This document shows positions 15,608 to 18,846 of a DNA stretch of 18,846 nt, in pieces. The notes beneath the pieces are model-generated. The model saw nothing but the letters and a program-made list of their open reading frames with translations. It was not told where the DNA came from and made no database searches. The stretch comes from Thermodesulfovibrionales bacterium (GTDB taxonomy: Bacteria > Nitrospirota > Thermodesulfovibrionia > Thermodesulfovibrionales > UBA6898). Made by a program: the position numbers and the translations under genes. Numbering within the stretch: the first letter of the stretch is position 1; each line of letters begins with the position of its first letter. The DNA is taken from positions 1 to 18,846 of the forward strand of contig JBIOIY010000058.1 in the NCBI GenBank assembly GCA_044450345.1, read 5' to 3'.

Positions 15608-16495
15608 ATGCGTCCGCAGAGAACCATAAAAAATGAGGTTTCTTTTGAAGGTATCGGCCTCCATACAGGCAGATATGCCAGGGTGACCCTAAAACCGGCG
15701 TCAAGGGACAACGGCATTACCTTTATAAGAAGCGACAAAAACACGGTCATTAAGGCCGATGTCGGATCGGTGATCGATACCGCCTTTGCCACTACAATAG
15801 GCCAGGACGGGGCGAAGATCAGGACCGTCGAACACATCATGGCGGCACTCGCCGGCCTCGGCATAGACAATATCTTCGTTGATGTCAATGGTCCGGAGAT
15901 ACCCATACTTGACGGCAGTTCTACGGAATTGATAAGCATTATATTGAAAGCAGGCATTGCAAAACAGGGCAAAAAAAGGCCCTATCTTCGGATAAAAAGG
16001 CCGGTCATATTCGACGACGGCAATTCAAAAGTGGCTGCGCTTCCTTACGACGGCAGACGTATTACATACAGTATATTTTTCAACCATTATGGATTTGGCG
16101 AACAGCGGCTCAGTATAGAGATCAATGAAGAGACCTTCGCCAGGGAAATTGCCCCGGCAAGGACCTTCGGCTTTCTAAAAGACATTGAATATCTAAGGAC
16201 CAACGGCCTGGCAAAGGGCGGGTCCCTTGAAAATGCGATCATTTTGGGAGAAAACGGGGTGCTGAACTCTTCCGGGCTGCGGTTTAAGGATGAATTTGTA
16301 CGTCATAAAGTCCTTGATTCTATTGGAGATTTAGCTATTCTCGGGTTCCCGATTTACGGCCATATCATAGCGAATAAGTCGGGACACTCGACAAATATAA
16401 AATTTTTAAAGAAACTTCTTGCCTTTCCCGAGGCGTGGGACCTGATACTTGAGGAACCGTTAAGAATAAGCCCGCTTTTACAGATAAATACTTAA
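15608..16495 (+). CDS. lpxC: UDP-3-O-acyl-N-acetylglucosamine deacetylase
   Basis: QRTIK..GIGLHTG, TVEHIMAAL, EIPILDGS, IAPARTFG, GGSLENA, RHKVLDSIGDL and SGH. ATG 15608 is preferred over TTG 15599. Confidence 0.97.
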   Translation: MRPQRTIKNEVSFEGIGLHTGRYARVTLKPASRDNGITFIRSDKNTVIKADVGSVIDTAFATTIGQDGAKIRTVEHIMAALAGLGIDNIFVDVNGPEIPILDGSSTELISIILKAGIAKQGKKRPYLRIKRPVIFDDGNSKVAALPYDGRRITYSIFFNHYGFGEQRLSIEINEETFAREIAPARTFGFLKDIEYLRTNGLAKGGSLENAIILGENGVLNSSGLRFKDEFVRHKVLDSIGDLAILGFPIYGHIIANKSGHSTNIKFLKKLLAFPEAWDLILEEPLRISPLLQINT

Positions 16496-16560
16496 ATCTC
16501 GGATAGTTATAATCTTACGAAAAAAAGCTCACAATTTCCCCTGATCTATGCTACTATATC

Positions 16561-16596
16561 AAAAAAAGAGGCTGGAGAATGTGGGTTCCCCAGCCT
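16561..16596 (-). terminator. Intrinsic terminator after the basic microprotein gene
   Basis: Minus strand AGGCTGGGGAA-CCCACA-TTCTCCAGCCT-CTTTTTTT, an 11-bp stem followed by a U-tract. Confidence 0.85.
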
Positions 16597-16618
16597 TAGG
16601 TAACTTTCTTCCGGTAAC

Positions 16619-16702
16619 TTATTTCTTTTTCTTCGGGGCCGCTTTCTTCGGAGCTGCCTTCTTTGCTGCCGGCTTCTTCGCTGCTGCTTTCTTAACTGCC
16701 AT
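16619..16702 (-). CDS. 27-aa Lys/Ala/Pro-rich basic microprotein (histone H1 tail-like)
   Basis: MAVKKAAAKKPAAKKAAPKKAAPKKKK*. SD GGAAAGGTGG at 16720-16711 and a terminator 22 nt downstream. Synonymous codons vary (AAG/AAA, GCA/GCG/GCT/GCC) while the peptide pattern is kept. Confidence 0.8.
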   Translation of the reverse strand: MAVKKAAAKKPAAKKAAPKKAAPKKKK

Positions 16703-16746
16703 GTTCTTCACCACCTTTCCATCCCCGAAAACCGGGGTAGATTGAG

Positions 16747-17313
16747 TTAAAGCTTCCCTGTCAGCAGGATCTTCTCACCAGACAGGAGCTTTTCCAGTTC
16801 GGGATCTCCGCTATCTCTTTTATCCCTGAACGCACTTTCATCCATTATCGTCGTGTTGATTTTTTTGTCGAATTTTTCCTCTATGTCTTTGAGAACTTCA
16901 ACGCTCAAAGACGGAGGGCCGACTATGAATAAATCTACAGTACCTGTGTCTTCACTTTCAGTATAAGGACCAAAAATAAAAGCTATCTTCGCACCGGAAT
17001 TTTTCAGTGCAGCTTTCAAAGCCCCCGAGGCTCCGAGCGATTTGGCAATTAGACTCTTCAACTCTGAGAAGAGAGGGGATTTTTTTTCGGCCTGGAAGTA
17101 TTTAAGGTTTGCAACCTTTTTGCTCGCTAAAATGCCCATTTTTTCCAGATGGTCCAGCTCCCTCTTTACCCCGGACGGGTTCTTTCTCAAGAGTGTCGCG
17201 ATTTCCCTGACGTAGAATCTTTCTTCGGGATTGTTTAGGAGGAGCGCCAAGAGGTCAGCTCTGATTGCCGAGGAGAACAAACTTTTAAGTGTATCTCGTG
17301 CTTGTTTCGACAT
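16747..17313 (-). CDS. ArsR-like winged-HTH protein fused to a degenerate minimal nucleotidyltransferase-like domain
   Basis: N-terminal LFSSAIRADLLALL..PEERFYVREIATLL..NPSGVKRELDHLEKMGIL..NLKYF. C-terminal AFIFGPY....TVDLFIVG..IEEKFDKKINTTIM. Confidence 0.8.
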   Translation of the reverse strand: MSKQARDTLKSLFSSAIRADLLALLLNNPEERFYVREIATLLRKNPSGVKRELDHLEKMGILASKKVANLKYFQAEKKSPLFSELKSLIAKSLGASGALKAALKNSGAKIAFIFGPYTESEDTGTVDLFIVGPPSLSVEVLKDIEEKFDKKINTTIMDESAFRDKRDSGDPELEKLLSGEKILLTGKL

Positions 17314-17315
17314 TC

Positions 17316-17353
17316 TGTATATACTTATACAACATCTAAATTGAGTTTGTCAA
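17316..17353 (-). promoter_or_regulatory. Putative sigma70 promoter with overlapping dyad operator
   Basis: Minus strand TTGACA (17353-17348), 18 nt spacer, TATAAG (17329-17324). The dyad TGTATA-N4-TATACA at 17316-17331 covers the -10 and the start. Confidence 0.5.
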
Positions 17354-17651
17354 CAAAAAAATGCAGTTTAAATACATTTTTTTTATCCAAGTAAACAAAG
17401 CAGTCTCCTTTTTACAACAGCACATGAAAAATATGATACAAATATCAATATCTTGGATACGGATGAATTGCATTCAATATACAAGCGGATACCTATTATG
17501 ATGGATCGAATGGTCAACGGATACAATCGTTTCAAAACCTAAACGATCATTTACAAGAAATGAGCAACTAAGCAGGTAAAGTCAACAATATCACTATATA
17601 TCCTGATTTTATTGAATAAATCTAAATATTGAACAAAAAGCGCGCCGCCGA

Positions 17652-18512
17652 TTATCTTCTCGCAGTAGCCGTTCCAAGCAGCCGTCTTACAACTCGCAAA
17701 TTCATGACATCATCATCCATCGATTTTTTGGGCGTTTCAAGAATAAGAGGCACATCGGAGTATAGCGGATGATGGAGCAGGCACCTGAGGCCCCGCAGGC
17801 CTATTTTCCCTTTCCCGATATGCTCATGTCTGTCGATGCATGAAGAGATCCCCCCCTTCGAATCATTCAAATGTATGAGTTTGACCCTCTCTCTGCCGAC
17901 GTATTTACAAATATCATCGCCGAGGGCATCGATGCCTTTTTCCGATGAAAGGTGATATCCCGCTGCAAAGGCGTGGCATGTATCGAGACAGATGCCCGCG
18001 ATTAGCCCTGCTGGTACGTCCTGCAGAATATCCGATATCTCTTCGATCCTTGACGTGATATCTCCTCTTTCACCTGCGGTGTTTTCGAGGAGAAGGCCCG
18101 CCCGCCACTTGCCGCTCTGTGAGACACCACGAAGAGCTGCGGATGCCCTTTTTCTGGCGGCCTTAGGATCATCACCAGAGGCGCTTCCGGTATGCAATAC
18201 GACGTACCCGGCGCCTACGGAATCAGCGATATTCAATTCCTCGATCACCATGTCCATGGATTTCTTCTGCAGCTCCCGGTTCGCCGATGCAAGGTTGATC
18301 AGGTAAGAAGTATGTATAAACACAGGTGCAATCGAGTATCTTTCAGCCAGGGTCTTAAACAAGGAAGTTTCGTCCCGTCCTCTTGCTGAAAGTGCCCATC
18401 CGCGGGGATTGTGGGAAAAGATCTGGACGGTATTACACCCAAGTTCCCCGGCCCTTTCCAAACTCAGATGGAGACCTCCTGTTATGGACGTATGGACACC
18501 AAGCCTTCGCAT
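17652..18512 (-). CDS. nfo: Endonuclease IV (AP endonuclease)
   Basis: LGVHTS, QIFS, HTSYLINLAS, VLHTG, LLENTAG, CLDTCH, HLNDSK, DRHEHIG and LILETP. ATG 18512 is preferred over GTG 18527. Confidence 0.96.
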   Translation of the reverse strand: MRRLGVHTSITGGLHLSLERAGELGCNTVQIFSHNPRGWALSARGRDETSLFKTLAERYSIAPVFIHTSYLINLASANRELQKKSMDMVIEELNIADSVGAGYVVLHTGSASGDDPKAARKRASAALRGVSQSGKWRAGLLLENTAGERGDITSRIEEISDILQDVPAGLIAGICLDTCHAFAAGYHLSSEKGIDALGDDICKYVGRERVKLIHLNDSKGGISSCIDRHEHIGKGKIGLRGLRCLLHHPLYSDVPLILETPKKSMDDDVMNLRVVRRLLGTATARR

Positions 18513-18517
18513 AGCAG

Positions 18518-18526
18518 ATTTTATCA
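18518..18526 (-). promoter_or_regulatory. Extended -10 promoter, probably leaderless nfo
   Basis: Minus strand TGaTAAAAT, then 5 nt, then ATG 18512. No SD. Confidence 0.55.
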
Positions 18527-18560
18527 CAAAGACAGTAGCAGGCTAACAGCAAACTCCCAT

Positions 18561-18597
18561 GCTATCAGCCGTCAGCGTTCAACAAGCAGCAGACAGC
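18561..18597. repeat. Degenerate heptamer tandem repeat
   Basis: GCTATCA GCCGTCA GCGTTCA ACAAGCA GCAGACA GC, period 7. Confidence 0.5.
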
Positions 18598-18601
18598 CCC
18601 A

Positions 18602-18730
18602 TCAATGTCCGCCGTGGATGAGGACCGGCAGGCACCTTACGCATACGAATTTTTCAGCCCCTTCAGTGACACATTTCAGACAGACCCTTTCCTTGTCCGT
18701 AGCACCGCATACAAAGCATTTTGCCGACAT
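18602..18730 (-). CDS. 42-aa Cys-rich microprotein with three CxxC motifs (putative metal-binding)
   Basis: MSAKCFVCGATDKERVCLKCVTEGAEKFVCVRCLPVLIHGGH*. A strong SD TAAGGAGG overlaps the upstream stop codon. Confidence 0.82.
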   Translation of the reverse strand: MSAKCFVCGATDKERVCLKCVTEGAEKFVCVRCLPVLIHGGH

Positions 18731-18744
18731 GTCGTTCTTCCTCC

Positions 18745-18846
18745 TTATTCCGGCGAGCCGGGTGAATCCGGCAGCTCATTTATCTCTTTGACGATCTTTT
18801 CAGGATCGAGGTTATGCATCATGGAACCGAAGGAGATAGATTCCAT
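18745..18846 (-). CDS. 3' end of probable DUF1858-domain protein (5' part outside window)
   Basis: ...MESISFGSMMHNLDPEKIVKEINELPDSPGSPE*. The ES-I-x-G-x-x-H-x-x-D-x-x-x-I-x-x-I-N pattern resembles DUF1858 C-termini. Confidence 0.65.
   Translation of the reverse strand: MESISFGSMMHNLDPEKIVKEINELPDSPGSPE

Noticed and set aside
16548..16745. Plus-strand 65-aa Phe/Ala-rich ORF
   Set aside because: It is the antisense shadow of the Lys/Ala microprotein. The SD and terminator support the minus strand.
17336..17398. Possible 20-aa upstream ORF (TTG start, FTWIKKMYLNCIFLLTNSI) after AAGGAG on the minus strand
   Set aside because: It has a weak start, runs through the predicted promoter and A/T tracts, and has no recognisable motif. 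It cannot be supported without Ribo-seq.
18411..18791. Plus-strand 126-aa ORF
   Set aside because: It overlaps three better-supported minus-strand genes and has no motif or SD.

Overview
This is a chromosomal window from a Gram-negative bacterium with lipid A (lpxC). The gene content and style suggest a Nitrospirota/Desulfobacterota-like anaerobe, but that is inference only. Most of it is housekeeping: hisH, a long minus-strand run (MTAP/MTIP-family phosphorylase, NtrC-type sigma54 activator, yebC, DUF502, glmU, glmS, pcrA/uvrD, gatC, panD), tldD, lpxC and nfo. There is also a SAM methyltransferase and a YqgE/AlgH protein with a lipoprotein-like signal. Four probable genes are absent from the ORF track. 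(1) A secreted seven-bladed Vgb-like beta-propeller lacking the lyase histidines (<1-1126, -). (2) A 27-aa Lys/Ala/Pro histone-H1-tail-like microprotein (16619-16702, -), downstream of a winged-HTH protein fused to a degenerate nucleotidyltransferase. (3) A 42-aa triple-CxxC microprotein (18602-18730, -). (4) The 3' end of a DUF1858-like gene. Regulatory highlights are a consensus sigma54 promoter with a TGT-N10-ACA dyad upstream of lpxC, several apparently leaderless genes, a covarying REP-like palindrome, and a structured 5' leader upstream of the propeller gene. No CRISPR array, rRNA, tRNA or transposase was seen.
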